From assembly GCA_035293045.1 (NCBI GenBank), contig DATDOY010000106.1, positions 562-64,561 on the forward strand: a DNA stretch of 64,000 bases, given 5' to 3'. Below the pieces are notes generated by a model. It worked only from the letters and a program-made list of their open reading frames with translations. It ran no database searches and was not told the DNA's origin. Numbering within the stretch: the stretch's first letter is position 1; every line of letters begins with the position of its first letter. Both the position numbers and the translations under genes were made by a program. The DNA comes from Acidimicrobiia bacterium. Lineage in GTDB: Bacteria; Actinomycetota; Acidimicrobiia; IMCC26256; JACPCJ01. This document shows positions 26,799 to 36,715 of the stretch, piece by piece.

Positions 26799-27698
26799 TC
26801 AGGGCACGATGAGCGACAGCGCGCCGGGAACGACTTCGATCCGCGCCGGCAGGTCGGTGACGTGCTCGCCGTCTGCGAACACGGGGAGCGTCTCGCCGGT
26901 CGGTGACGCCAGCTCGAACACGTTGCCGTGGAACGTGCGGACCTGCGGGTGGTCGACGTGTTTTCCCTGGAAGACCTTCGGGAACGTTCGGATGAACTCG
27001 AACTTCGACACCGGGCCGACGGCGGTGGCGTCGAGCGCGTCGTCGTCCAATCGGGCCGACGGCACGACTTTCATGCCGCCGCCGTAGCTGGTGGCGTTGC
27101 CGACGGCGAGGAGCCACGCCTCCATCTCGGTGACATCCCCGTCGACGGTGATGAGGAATCGCTTCGGGCGGTACACGGCCAGGGTGCGGAACGTCGCCGC
27201 GATGTAGAGGAGGGTTCCGCCGAGGTGCTTTCGTTCGTTGGCCCAGCGGTTGGCCTCGGCGTCGAAGCCGGTGCTGGCGACGCAGCAGAACCACGACCCG
27301 TTGACCCGCCCGAGGTCGAGATCGGAGATCGTGCCCGAGTTCAGGATGGGAACGGCGGCGAAGGGGTCCTTGTGGTCGAGGCCAACGTTTCGGGCGAAGT
27401 CGTTGCCGGACCCTGTCGGGATGATGGCGAGCGTTCCGTGCTCGTCGGCGGCGACCCCCGCCAGTTGGCCGACGAGCCCGTCGCCGCCGCACGCCACCAC
27501 GACGCGGCCGGCGGCGAATGCTTCGCGCGCCAGCTGGGGCGGGTGGCTGGGGGATTCGGAGATCCGGATCTCCACGTCGTCGCAGGCGCTCGTGAGGGCA
27601 GCCTCGAGGCGGGGGAGCAGCTTGCGAGTCTTGCCTCGTCCGGACGCGGGGTTGACGATGACGGTGAACGACCTGCCGTGGTTCTGTGCCGCCGTCAC
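26799..27698 (-). CDS. Diacylglycerol/lipid kinase family protein (DAGK_cat, YegS-like)
   Basis: VIVNPASGRGK, VVACGGDGLVGQL and IIPTGSGNDFAR motifs. Confidence 0.88.
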   Translation of the reverse strand: MTAAQNHGRSFTVIVNPASGRGKTRKLLPRLEAALTSACDDVEIRISESPSHPPQLAREAFAAGRVVVACGGDGLVGQLAGVAADEHGTLAIIPTGSGNDFARNVGLDHKDPFAAVPILNSGTISDLDLGRVNGSWFCCVASTGFDAEANRWANERKHLGGTLLYIAATFRTLAVYRPKRFLITVDGDVTEMEAWLLAVGNATSYGGGMKVVPSARLDDDALDATAVGPVSKFEFIRTFPKVFQGKHVDHPQVRTFHGNVFELASPTGETLPVFADGEHVTDLPARIEVVPGALSLIVP

Positions 27699-27855
27699 CT
27701 CGGTGTGCCTCCCAACCCCGGACCCGTCGCGAGGGGCCGTCGGGTCGGGAATGTATCCCTCCTGGGGGATGTCACCCGCACGGGATGACGCCGCTGCACG
27801 GTGTCGCGGGTGACACCCGAGCGCTCGCTGAGCGTCTGCGGACGGCCCGTGGTCA

Positions 27856-28656
27856 GTGCGTCCGCCGGCAGGCCTCCGTCTGCCGTGCGTCCCTCACGGC
27901 GACGGGGGCGTAAGTTTCCCCGCCGTGACGAAGGGGATCGACCCGCAGCGCGTGCCGAGGCACGTTGCCATCGTGATGGACGGCAACGGCCGATGGGCCA
28001 AACGGCGCGGCCGTCCCCGTGTCGAAGGTCACGCGGCGGGCGAAGACGCTTTGTTCGACACGGTCGAAGGGGCTCTCGAACTCGGGCTCGACTGGATGAC
28101 GGTGTTCGCGTTCTCGACCGAGAACTGGCGCCGCCCGCTGGACGAAGTCCGGTTCCTCATGAACTTCAACGAGGGGATCCTCGTCCGGCACCGCGACGAT
28201 CTCTGTGCCCGCGGCGTGCGGATGCGGTTCCTGGGTCGGCGCGGCGGGCGCGTTCCCAAGCGGGTGCTGCACCGCATGGAAGAGACCGAGGCCATGACGG
28301 CCCGCAATCGTGGGATGACGCTCACCATCGCCTTCAACTACGGAGGCCGCGCCGAGTTGGTCGACGCCGCTCGGGCGCTCGCCGCCGACGCCGTCGCCGG
28401 TCGGGTCGACCCCGAGAAGGTCGACGAGAAGCGCTTTCGGCGCTACCTGTACGCCCCCGAGATGCCGGATGCCGACTTGCTGATCCGCACGTCCGGCGAA
28501 TCGCGCATCTCGAATTTCCTGCTCTGGGAGCTCGCCTACTCCGAGCTCTATTTCACCGAGACGCTGTGGCCGGACTTCCGACGGGAGCACCTGTTCGAGG
28601 CGGTGCGCGATTACCAGCGCCGCGAGCGCCGCTTCGGAGCCATCGACCACCACTGA
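27856..28656 (+). CDS. uppS: Isoprenyl transferase (undecaprenyl/decaprenyl diphosphate synthase family)
   Basis: HVAIVMDGNGRWAKRRG, FAFSTENWRRP, and RTSGESRISNFLLWELAYSELYF. An alternative GTG start at 27925 is plausible. Confidence 0.92.
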   Translation: MRPPAGLRLPCVPHGDGGVSFPAVTKGIDPQRVPRHVAIVMDGNGRWAKRRGRPRVEGHAAGEDALFDTVEGALELGLDWMTVFAFSTENWRRPLDEVRFLMNFNEGILVRHRDDLCARGVRMRFLGRRGGRVPKRVLHRMEETEAMTARNRGMTLTIAFNYGGRAELVDAARALAADAVAGRVDPEKVDEKRFRRYLYAPEMPDADLLIRTSGESRISNFLLWELAYSELYFTETLWPDFRREHLFEAVRDYQRRERRFGAIDHH

Positions 28657-28741
28657 GCCTCGACTTCCGTGCGCCCCGTTCCTGGGTGCCGAGCGGGTCC
28701 GTCAGGAACGCAATGACACCGATGTGATTTAGACTGCCGCG

Positions 28742-29482
28742 ATGCCCCTTTACCGGGAACGGGCGGTGGTGCTGCGTACCTACCGCCTGGGTGAGACCGA
28801 CCGCATCGTGTCGCTGATGACCGAGACGCGGGGCAAGGTGCGGGCGGTGGTGAAGGGCGTCCGCAAGCCCGGGAGCCGGTTCGGGGCCCGGCTCGAGCCG
28901 ACGAGCCACGTCGCCCTCCAGCTCTATGAAGGCCGCAACCTCGACACGGTCACGCAGGCCGAGTCGATCGACGCGTTCCGTGGACTGCGCGACCACCTCG
29001 ACGCGCTGACCGCGGCCATGGCCGTCCTCGAGGCCACCGACCAGGTGGCGCAGGAACAAGAGGCCAACGGTCCGCTGTATCGCATGGTGGTAGGGGCGCT
29101 GCGGACCCTGTCCGAAACGCCGTCGCCGCTGGTCGCCCCTGCCTTTCTCTGGAAGCTGTTGAGTCTCGAAGGCTTTCACCCTCAACTCGATGCCTGCGTG
29201 CGGTGCGGTACCGAGGTCGGGCTCGTGGCGGTCGTGCCGGAGGCAGGCGGCGCGGTGTGCGAGGCGTGCGCGCCGCAGAGTCCGGGCGCCGAAGCCGGTC
29301 CCGCCCTCGCGTTGGTGTCTCGGATCCTCGGCGGAGGTCTGCGTTCGGTCCTCGCCGACGACGGGACGTTCGCAGACGGCACGGGAGCCACGGTTCGCGA
29401 GGTCCAGCGCTTGGCGCTGCGCGCCGTCGAATACCACTTCGAGCGGAGGCTTCGCAGCGGCGCACTGCTCACTTCGGCGTGA
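28742..29482 (+). CDS. recO: DNA repair protein RecO
   Basis: MPLYRERAVVLRTYRLGETDRIVSLMTETRGKVRAVVKGVRKPGSRFGARLEP plus a C-x2-C...C-x2-C zinc motif (CVRCG...CEAC). Confidence 0.9.
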   Translation: MPLYRERAVVLRTYRLGETDRIVSLMTETRGKVRAVVKGVRKPGSRFGARLEPTSHVALQLYEGRNLDTVTQAESIDAFRGLRDHLDALTAAMAVLEATDQVAQEQEANGPLYRMVVGALRTLSETPSPLVAPAFLWKLLSLEGFHPQLDACVRCGTEVGLVAVVPEAGGAVCEACAPQSPGAEAGPALALVSRILGGGLRSVLADDGTFADGTGATVREVQRLALRAVEYHFERRLRSGALLTSA

Positions 29483-29548
29483 CGACGGCGGACCCGCGAC
29501 GGCCGTGAGCGACGCCGCCTCCGGTGGTCAGCGGTAACGTCTCGCCCT

Positions 29549-30805
29549 ATGCCGCCCGCCGAGCTGAGTCCCGCCGAGGCCGTCAACCAGTTCTTCGACG
29601 ACGCGGCCGACCTCATCAAGTTGAAAGACGAGTTCCACGAGATCCTGAAGACCTCCTATCGCGAGATCTCGGTGCAAGTGCCGCTGCGCACCGACGACGG
29701 CGTGGAGCGCGTGTTCCGCGGGTATCGCGTGCAACACAACGGCGCGCGTGGGCCGTACAAAGGCGGCGTCCGCTATCACCCCCAGGCGGACCTCAACGAG
29801 GTGCGAGCGCTGGCGTCGCTGATGACCTGGAAGTGCGCCCTGATGGACATCCCCTTCGGCGGGGCCAAGGGCGGGGTCATGGTGGACCCGACGGGGATGA
29901 GTTCGCGGGAGATCGAGGGGATCACGCGGCGTTACACCTTGGCGATCAGCTATCTCCTCGGCGTGCAGCGCGACATCCCCGCACCCGACATGAACACCAA
30001 CGCCCAGGTGATGGCGTGGATGATGGACGCCTACTCGAGCCGGTATGGCTACACCCCCGCGATCGTGACAGGGAAGCCGATCGACCTCGGCGGCGCGCCC
30101 GGCCGCGAACAGGCCACCGGGCGCGGGGTGGTCTACTGCCTCGAGGCCGCGGCCAAGCGGTACGACATCGACCTCGAACGCATCGCGGTCGCCATCCAGG
30201 GCTTCGGCAACGTCGGTTCATGGGCGGCGCGCGACCTCGCATCCATCGGGGTGAAGGTCGTCGCCGTCTCGGACGTCAAGGGCGGCATCTACCGGTCTTC
30301 GGGATTGGACGTGACGGCGTGCGTCGACGCCCTGAACGCGCGGCGGTCGGTCGTCGACCTCGCGGGGACCGACGGCATCGACGCCCTGACCAACGAGGAA
30401 CTCCTCACCTGCCAGTGCGACGTGCTCATTCCCGCCGCACTCGGCGAGGTGATCACGATGGAGAACGCGGCGCAGATCCGGGCCTCGCTCGTGCTCGAAG
30501 CGGCCAACCACCCGACCACGCCGGAGGCCGACCGGGTCCTCACCGATCGAGGAGTGCGGGTGGTGCCCGACATCCTCGCCAACGCCGGCGGCGTGACGGG
30601 CTCGTACTTCGAGTGGGCCATGAACATCCAGCAGTTCCGCTGGAAAGAGGAGAGGTTCAACGAGGAGCTGCGCGAGACGATGATGCGCGCCTTCGACCAG
30701 ACGGCCGACTTCTCCGATTCGCGCGGCGTCACCATGCGGCGCGCGGCCTTCGCCATCGCCATCGAGCGCGTTGCGAGGGCGGCTCGCCTCCGCGGGTACG
30801 TGTAA
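29549..30805 (+). CDS. gdhA: Glutamate dehydrogenase (Glu/Leu/Phe/Val dehydrogenase family)
   Basis: GPYKGGVRYHP, the catalytic FGGAKGG, and the Rossmann motif IQGFGNVG. Confidence 0.9.
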   Translation: MPPAELSPAEAVNQFFDDAADLIKLKDEFHEILKTSYREISVQVPLRTDDGVERVFRGYRVQHNGARGPYKGGVRYHPQADLNEVRALASLMTWKCALMDIPFGGAKGGVMVDPTGMSSREIEGITRRYTLAISYLLGVQRDIPAPDMNTNAQVMAWMMDAYSSRYGYTPAIVTGKPIDLGGAPGREQATGRGVVYCLEAAAKRYDIDLERIAVAIQGFGNVGSWAARDLASIGVKVVAVSDVKGGIYRSSGLDVTACVDALNARRSVVDLAGTDGIDALTNEELLTCQCDVLIPAALGEVITMENAAQIRASLVLEAANHPTTPEADRVLTDRGVRVVPDILANAGGVTGSYFEWAMNIQQFRWKEERFNEELRETMMRAFDQTADFSDSRGVTMRRAAFAIAIERVARAARLRGYV

Positions 30806-30845
30806 GCCGCCAAGTTCTCGGGTCGAGCGCCACTAGCATCGCTCT

Positions 30846-32189
30846 ATGGCAGATGCAGGACAGGACGCCGAGCCGACACGCGACCCCAAGCTCCTCGAGA
30901 AGGTGACCAACCTCTGTAAGCGGCGGGGGTTCATCTTCCAGTCGAGCGAGATCTACGGGGGATTCGGATCCACCTACGACTACGGCCCCTACGGCTCGCT
31001 CATGTTGCGCAATGTGAAGGACGCGTGGTGGCACGACATGGTGCAGATGCGCCCCGACGTCGTCGGCCTCGACGCGGCGATCCTCATGGCACCCCAGGTG
31101 TGGGAGGCGTCGGGCCACGTCGCCAGCTTCACCGACCCGCTCGTCGACTGCCGCCAGTGCAAGGAGCGGTTCCGCCAGGACCTGTTGCCGGAGTCCGGCG
31201 CGTGTCCGAACTGCGGCGCCAAGGAGTCGATGACCGACGCCCGGCAGTTCAACCTCATGTTCAAGACCTTCGTGGGGCCGGTGGAGGACGACGCCAGCGC
31301 TGCCTACCTGCGGCCGGAAACGGCGCAAGGGATCTTCGTCAACTTCAAGAACGTCCAGACCACGGCGCGGCTCAAGCCGCCCTTCGGCATCGCGCAGGTG
31401 GGCAAGGCCTTCCGGAACGAGATCACCCCCCAGCGCTTCGTATTCCGGACCCGCGAGTTCGAGCAGATGGAGCTCGAGTACTTCGTGCCCCCCGACGAGG
31501 GCGCCAAGTGGTGGTCGTACTGGTGCGAGGAGCGCCTGCGCTGGTACGTCGACCTCGGCGTCCGCGCGGAGCACTTGCGCCTGCGCGAGCACGACGCCGA
31601 GGAGCTGTCGCACTACTCCGCCGGCACCGCCGACGTGGAGTACCTCTACCCCTGGGGCTGGGGCGAGCTCGAGGGCGTCGCCAACCGAACCGACTACGAC
31701 CTCACGCAGCACCAGGAGTCGAGCGGCGAAGACCTCACCTATTTCGATCAGGAGAGCGACACCCGCTACATCCCGCACGTGATCGAGCCGTCGGCCGGCG
31801 CGACGCGAGCGATGATGGCCTTTTTGATGGACGCCTATGCCGAGGAGGAGGTGAGGGGGGAGAAGCGAACGGTGCTCCACCTCGACCCGCGCCTCGCGCC
31901 GATCAAGGTCGCCGTGCTTCCGCTCTCCAAGAACGAGCAGCTGGTCCCCGCGGCCGGCGAGGTGGCCGGGCTGCTCCGGCCTCACTTCCAGATCGAAGAG
32001 GACGTCTCGGGATCCATCGGTCGCCGGTATCGGCGCGAGGACGAAATCGGCACGCCGTTCTGTGTGACGGTGGACTTCGATTCCCTCGAAGACCGCGCGG
32101 TGACCGTGCGCGACCGCGACTCGATGGACCAGGACCGCGTCGCCATCGACAAGCTCGTCGATTACCTCCGCGAGCGGCTGCCCCTCTAG
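30846..32189 (+). CDS. glyQS: Glycine--tRNA ligase (dimeric class II GlyQS type)
   Basis: [51 protein letters not shown], and IEPSAGATR motifs. Confidence 0.93.
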   Translation: MADAGQDAEPTRDPKLLEKVTNLCKRRGFIFQSSEIYGGFGSTYDYGPYGSLMLRNVKDAWWHDMVQMRPDVVGLDAAILMAPQVWEASGHVASFTDPLVDCRQCKERFRQDLLPESGACPNCGAKESMTDARQFNLMFKTFVGPVEDDASAAYLRPETAQGIFVNFKNVQTTARLKPPFGIAQVGKAFRNEITPQRFVFRTREFEQMELEYFVPPDEGAKWWSYWCEERLRWYVDLGVRAEHLRLREHDAEELSHYSAGTADVEYLYPWGWGELEGVANRTDYDLTQHQESSGEDLTYFDQESDTRYIPHVIEPSAGATRAMMAFLMDAYAEEEVRGEKRTVLHLDPRLAPIKVAVLPLSKNEQLVPAAGEVAGLLRPHFQIEEDVSGSIGRRYRREDEIGTPFCVTVDFDSLEDRAVTVRDRDSMDQDRVAIDKLVDYLRERLPL

Positions 32190-33193
32190 CCGCCACCTGA
32201 GGGAGGCGTGTTGAGGGTCAGGCTCTGGCCTTCCGGCAGCACCCAGAAGTTGATCTTCCCGGACTCGATGGCCTTCAACAGCACGTAATTCTGGCCGGCG
32301 ATGGCGAGCGCCTCGTTGAGCTTCTTGATGGCTTCCGCCTCGGCCTCGCGCTGGGCGATCTCGTTCTGTTTCGTCTGGACGGCGATCTCCGAGGTCCGGT
32401 TGGTCTCGAAGGCGGTGCGCACCTCGTCGGGCACGTCGATGTGCTTGACGAGGAACGTGAAGTCAGGGCATGCGTCGGACGTGGACTCGAACTGTGGTCC
32501 GCAGAAGTACTCGTCCCCGAGGATCGAGTTGACGTTCTCCTTCAGGATCCCGCCGATCTCCGTGCGAATGTCTTCGAGCACGACCGGGTCGGCGTAAATG
32601 TCCGCCACCGCGTACTTGCGCGCCTCGCGCTGGAGGGCGAACTCGATCTGCTGGCGGAACGAGTCATTCAGCATTCGCAGCCAGCCGTCGTCGGTCCACG
32701 CTTTGTATTTCAGGCCGATCTGCTCGTGAAACTTTCGCAGTTCGTTGGTGTTGAGCTTGAAGTAGACGGCGACTTGGAACGTGACGGGGATGCGGTCGTT
32801 CGAGGGAGCCACCACGGCGTCCTCACCGTGGACGTCGCCTTCGTCGATGCGGTTGCTGATGATGTAGTTCCGTTGAGTCACGGGGTAGAGGTAGAGCTTG
32901 TCCATGAACCCGTTGATGAACAGGTTGGACCCGGGTTGCACGATCCGCTGGAAGTGCTGGCCTTCGATGGGCCCGCCGCCATAGGAGATTCCGATCTGGT
33001 CTCGGGGGGTCTTCTTCACGCTGCCGACGAGCAGCGACACCGCGACGAGGGCCACGACGGCGACCACCACCCAGATGACGGCCTTCATGCACCCCTGGGG
33101 CTCGAACCCCTTGGAGGCATCAACCCCCCGCTGCATCAGCGCTCGGGCCTTCTTTTCGACCCGGTCGGCCGCATCGCCGCTCTCGTCTGCCAT
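32186..33193 (-). CDS. SPFH/Band-7 (prohibitin-like) domain membrane protein
   Basis: This is only the 3'-terminal 335 codons of track ORF 32186..35860. ATG (complement of 33191-33193) has a GAGGAG SD. It has one TM helix ([19 protein letters not shown]), an SPFH-like body and a coiled-coil tail ([19 protein letters not shown]). The rest of the 1224-aa ORF is antisense to ppdK. Confidence 0.75.
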   Translation of the reverse strand: MADESGDAADRVEKKARALMQRGVDASKGFEPQGCMKAVIWVVVAVVALVAVSLLVGSVKKTPRDQIGISYGGGPIEGQHFQRIVQPGSNLFINGFMDKLYLYPVTQRNYIISNRIDEGDVHGEDAVVAPSNDRIPVTFQVAVYFKLNTNELRKFHEQIGLKYKAWTDDGWLRMLNDSFRQQIEFALQREARKYAVADIYADPVVLEDIRTEIGGILKENVNSILGDEYFCGPQFESTSDACPDFTFLVKHIDVPDEVRTAFETNRTSEIAVQTKQNEIAQREAEAEAIKKLNEALAIAGQNYVLLKAIESGKINFWVLPEGQSLTLNTPPSGGG

Positions 33194-33298
33194 CGGATCT
33201 CCTCTCGTGTGCGCTCTCCCGCACGCCGCCGTTCCCCCACGGCGGGGCCGCAGCCCGGCATGTTGTAGCGCATAAAGTCCGCCCATGGAGCGGGTGCC

Positions 33299-35944
33299 AT
33301 GAAGCGGGTGTACGCCTTCGAGGAGGGTTCGAAGGAACAAAAGCTGCTCCTCGGCGGCAAGGGCGCCAACCTCGCCGAGATGGTCAATCTCGGCCTCGCC
33401 GTCCCGCCCGGCTTCACCATCACCACCGAGGCGTGTCGGGAATACATGGCCGGCGACCGCCTGCCCGAACCCCTCATGGACGAGGTGGCCGAGGCCCTCG
33501 CCAAGCTCGAGGCCACCATGGCCAAGTCGTTGGGCGATCCGGACAACCCGTTGCTCGTGTCGGTCCGCTCGGGGGCGCCGCACTCGATGCCGGGGATGAT
33601 GGAGACGATCCTCAACCTCGGCATGAACGACCGCTCGGTGGACGGCGTGGCCCGCCAGACCGGCGACGAGCGGTTCGCCTACGACTCCTACCGGCGCTTC
33701 GTGCAGATGTACGGCAAGACCGCGCTCGACATCGACGGTCACCTCTTCGAGGACGAGCTCGGAAGGGCCCGCCAGAAGCGCAAGGTCACCACCGACGCCC
33801 ACCTCGAGCCCAAGGACCTGCGCAAGGTGGTGGAGACCTTCAAGAAGATCGTGGAGCGCGAGTCGGGCCGGCCGTTTCCGCAGGACCCCGGCGAGCAGCT
33901 GCGGGGGGCCATCGAGGCCGTGTTTCGATCGTGGAACAGCGCCAGCGCCATCAGTTACCGGCGCTACGAGGGGATTCCCGACGACCTCGGTACGGCGGTG
34001 AACGTCCAGTGCATGGTGTTCGGCAACCGAGGTGACGACAGCGGCACCGGTGTGGGCTTCACCCGCGACCCGGCGACCGGCGAGCGTCGGCGCTACGGCG
34101 ACTTCCTCCGCAACGCCCAGGGCGAGGACGTGGTGGCGGGCATCCGCATCACCCAGAAGCTCGACGAGATGAACGTCGAGTTCCCCGAGTGTTACGAGCA
34201 GCTGCTCGAGGTCATGGAAACCCTCGAACAGCACTACCGCGACATGTGCGACATCGAGTTCACGATCGAGCAGGGGAAGCTCTGGATCCTCCAGACGCGG
34301 GTGGGCAAGCGCACGGCGGCGGCGGCGTTGCGCATCGCCGTCGACATGGTGGGCGAGGGTCTCATCGACGAGCGTGAGGCCGTGCTGCGGGTGAAGCCGC
34401 AGCAGCTCGATCAACTCCTGCACCCTCAGTTCGACGCCGGGGTCGCCTTCGAGGCGATCGCCGAGGGGCTCAACGCATCGCCGGGCGCCGCCGTGGGCAA
34501 GGTCGTGTTCACCGCCGACGACGCGGCAGCTCGCGCCGCCGAGGGGGAGAGGGTGATCCTGGTTCGTCCCGAGACGTCGCCCGACGACGTCCACGGGATG
34601 ATCGCCGCCGAGGGCATCCTCACGAGTCGGGGCGGGTTGGTGAGCCACGCCGCCGTGGTCGCCCGGGGGATGGGTAAGCCCGCCGTTGTCGGGGCCGCCG
34701 ACCTGCAGATCGACGTGGGCGCTCGGTCCTTTTCCGTGAATGGGCATACGGTCCGCGAGGGAGACGTCATCTCGATCGACGGAACGACGGGCAAGGTCGC
34801 GCTCGGCGAGGTGGCGGTGGTCGAGCCGGAGCCGGGCCAGGCGCTCACCGAGTTGCTGGCCTGGGCCGACGGCTTCCGCCGGTTGGCCGTCCGTGCCAAC
34901 GCCGACACCGGCGAGGACGCGCGCCACGCGCGTGCCTTCGGGGCCGAAGGCATCGGCCTCGCCCGCACGGAGCACATGTTCTTGGGTGATCGCTTGCCGC
35001 TCGTGCAACGCATGTTCGTTTCGTTCCACGAGGGAGCGATCGAGGAGCACACGTCGGCGCTCGAGGAGTTGCGGGCGCAGCAACGGTCGGACTTCGAGGA
35101 CCTGCTCGAGGCGATGGACGGCCTGCCCGTCACCGTGCGTCTCCTCGACCCACCGCTCCACGAGTTTCTCCCCGACGTCGAGGAGTTGCACGAGCGCTTG
35201 CGTTCGCGTGGGCGCCTGGCCCGCCTTCGCGCACGCAAGGAGGAGCGTTGGGACCGCCGCCTGCTCGCCACGGCCCGCGCATGGCGAGAGGTCAACCCAA
35301 TGCTCGGCACGCGGGGCGTGCGGTTGGCGATGGTGATTCCCGATCTCTACGCAACGCAGGTCCGCGCACTCATGGAGGCCGCGGTGGCGCGCCGGCGCGC
35401 CGGCGGCGATCCCCAGGTGGAGGTGATGATCCCCCTCACGGTCACCCGTCTGGAGTTGGAGAAGGCGATCCAGTGGGTGCACGATGCGGCCGAGGAGGTG
35501 TTCGCTCGAAGCGGGGAGCGGGTCGCCTACAAGGTCGGCACGATGGTCGAGACGCCGCGTGCCGCGCTGGTCGCCGGCGACATCGCCCGGGTCGCCGAGT
35601 TCTTCTCGTTCGGGACGAACGACCTCACCCAGATGACGTTCGGGTTCTCCCGCGACGACATCGAGGGTCGGGTCATGCGGCGATATCTCGAGGATGGCCT
35701 GCTGCCGGCGAGTCCGTTCGAGACCCTCGACGTCGAGGGGGTCGGGCGACTCGTGGAGATCGCCGTCCGCGAGGGCCGCCATGCCCGCTCCGACCTGAAG
35801 GTGGGGATCTGCGGCGAGCACGGCGGCGACCCGCCTTCGGTCCACTTCTGCCACGAACAAGGCCTCGATTACGTGTCGTGCTCACCCTTCCGCGTCCCCG
35901 TCGCCCGGCTCGCGGCGGCGCAGGCGGCGCTCGGCTCCGCGTAG
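33299..35944 (+). CDS. ppdK: Pyruvate, phosphate dikinase
   Basis: [28 protein letters not shown], the phospho-His region [23 protein letters not shown], and the PEP-utilising C-terminus [11 protein letters not shown]...ICGEHGGDP. Confidence 0.95.
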   Translation: MKRVYAFEEGSKEQKLLLGGKGANLAEMVNLGLAVPPGFTITTEACREYMAGDRLPEPLMDEVAEALAKLEATMAKSLGDPDNPLLVSVRSGAPHSMPGMMETILNLGMNDRSVDGVARQTGDERFAYDSYRRFVQMYGKTALDIDGHLFEDELGRARQKRKVTTDAHLEPKDLRKVVETFKKIVERESGRPFPQDPGEQLRGAIEAVFRSWNSASAISYRRYEGIPDDLGTAVNVQCMVFGNRGDDSGTGVGFTRDPATGERRRYGDFLRNAQGEDVVAGIRITQKLDEMNVEFPECYEQLLEVMETLEQHYRDMCDIEFTIEQGKLWILQTRVGKRTAAAALRIAVDMVGEGLIDEREAVLRVKPQQLDQLLHPQFDAGVAFEAIAEGLNASPGAAVGKVVFTADDAAARAAEGERVILVRPETSPDDVHGMIAAEGILTSRGGLVSHAAVVARGMGKPAVVGAADLQIDVGARSFSVNGHTVREGDVISIDGTTGKVALGEVAVVEPEPGQALTELLAWADGFRRLAVRANADTGEDARHARAFGAEGIGLARTEHMFLGDRLPLVQRMFVSFHEGAIEEHTSALEELRAQQRSDFEDLLEAMDGLPVTVRLLDPPLHEFLPDVEELHERLRSRGRLARLRARKEERWDRRLLATARAWREVNPMLGTRGVRLAMVIPDLYATQVRALMEAAVARRRAGGDPQVEVMIPLTVTRLELEKAIQWVHDAAEEVFARSGERVAYKVGTMVETPRAALVAGDIARVAEFFSFGTNDLTQMTFGFSRDDIEGRVMRRYLEDGLLPASPFETLDVEGVGRLVEIAVREGRHARSDLKVGICGEHGGDPPSVHFCHEQGLDYVSCSPFRVPVARLAAAQAALGSA

Positions 35945-36128
35945 CGCGGGATCGCCGCCGAGCCGAAAGGGCGAGCGTCCCGCAGAGCGCGAGCCCGGGG
36001 ACGGGCGCAGGCGGCGCTGGGCTCCGCGTAGCGCGGGATCGCCGCCGAGCCGAAAGGGCGAGCGTCCCGCAGGGCGCGAGCCCGGGGACGGGCGCAGGCG
36101 GCGCTCGGCTCCGCGTCGCGCGGGATCG
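35918..36128. repeat. 87-bp tandem repeat, about 2.4 copies (35918-36004, 36005-36091, partial 36092-36128)
   Basis: Direct reading shows copies 1 and 2 differ at 2 positions. Each unit begins with the last 27 nt of ppdK (GCGCAGGCGGCGCTCGGCTCCGCGTAG) and contains the inverted repeat GCGGGA...TCCCGC. In copy 3, TAG is changed to TCG. Confidence 0.9.
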
Positions 36129-36401
36129 AACCCGCTCCAGCGCACGGCGCAAGGCCTCGGCGGCAGGGTCGCGGAGTTTGAGGTAGTCCGGAACCATCCT
36201 TACGTCCCCTTTGTCGGGGCATGACTAGTCCGGACGGGCCCCCCGGAATGACGCGAGGGGGCGATTGTCCGAGGTCTCCAAAAATCCGACATTCCTCTTG
36301 TCGGCAGAACGCCACTTCCGGGGACCAACCCCAGAGGTGCGGGAAGCCCGCCGGGGAAGCGTTCGAAGGTTTCGACGCAGCACCCTTCTCCGGTCCAACG
36401 A

Positions 36402-36617
36402 ATGTCTGAGGAGGACACAGTGGACGACGTACGGATGCTCCGACCGGCCGAGGCCGCGGAGGCGCTGGGCGTCTCGATGTCTCGCCTGCGCCGGCTGGCC
36501 GCGAGCGGCCGACTGGTGACCGTGCGCACGCTCGGTGGCCACCGTCGCTACCGCGAGGACGACGTGCTCGCACTCCAGCGGTGGATGCAGCGCCAGTCTT
36601 CGGTCATCGAAGTCTGA
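36402..36617 (+). CDS. bldC: BldC-like small MerR/excisionase-type HTH DNA-binding protein
   Basis: 71 aa. LRPAEAAEALGVSMSRLRRLAASGRLVTVRTLGGHRRYREDDVLAL closely parallels the Streptomyces BldC core as I recall it (...IRTLGGHRRYREAEV...). Confidence 0.7.
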   Translation: MSEEDTVDDVRMLRPAEAAEALGVSMSRLRRLAASGRLVTVRTLGGHRRYREDDVLALQRWMQRQSSVIEV

Positions 36618-36715
36618 CTCGATCAATTCAGGTCCCGCCGGTCACGGGACCAGCACCATCGGCACATCCGGGGGGTCACTCCGGAAGTGTCACAGGCCCC
36701 TGGTACCTTCGGTTC

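Noticed and set aside
30806-30845. T-box or other leader upstream of glyQS
   Set aside because: Only 40 nt separate gdh from glyQS, far too short for a T-box (~200 nt). I saw no specifier or terminator-antiterminator structure.
33194-35860. Upstream ~890 codons of the 1224-aa minus ORF 32186..35860
   Set aside because: This part is antisense to ppdK, whose motifs are unambiguous. Only the last 335 codons, starting from an internal ATG with an SD, encode a sensible protein (SPFH).
35918-36128. Possible CRISPR array or REP/MITE element
   Set aside because: The units are directly abutting copies of one 87-bp sequence with no unique spacers. No cas genes are present. The repeat includes the ppdK 3' end, which indicates a simple tandem duplication. 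I did not see the same sequence elsewhere in the window.
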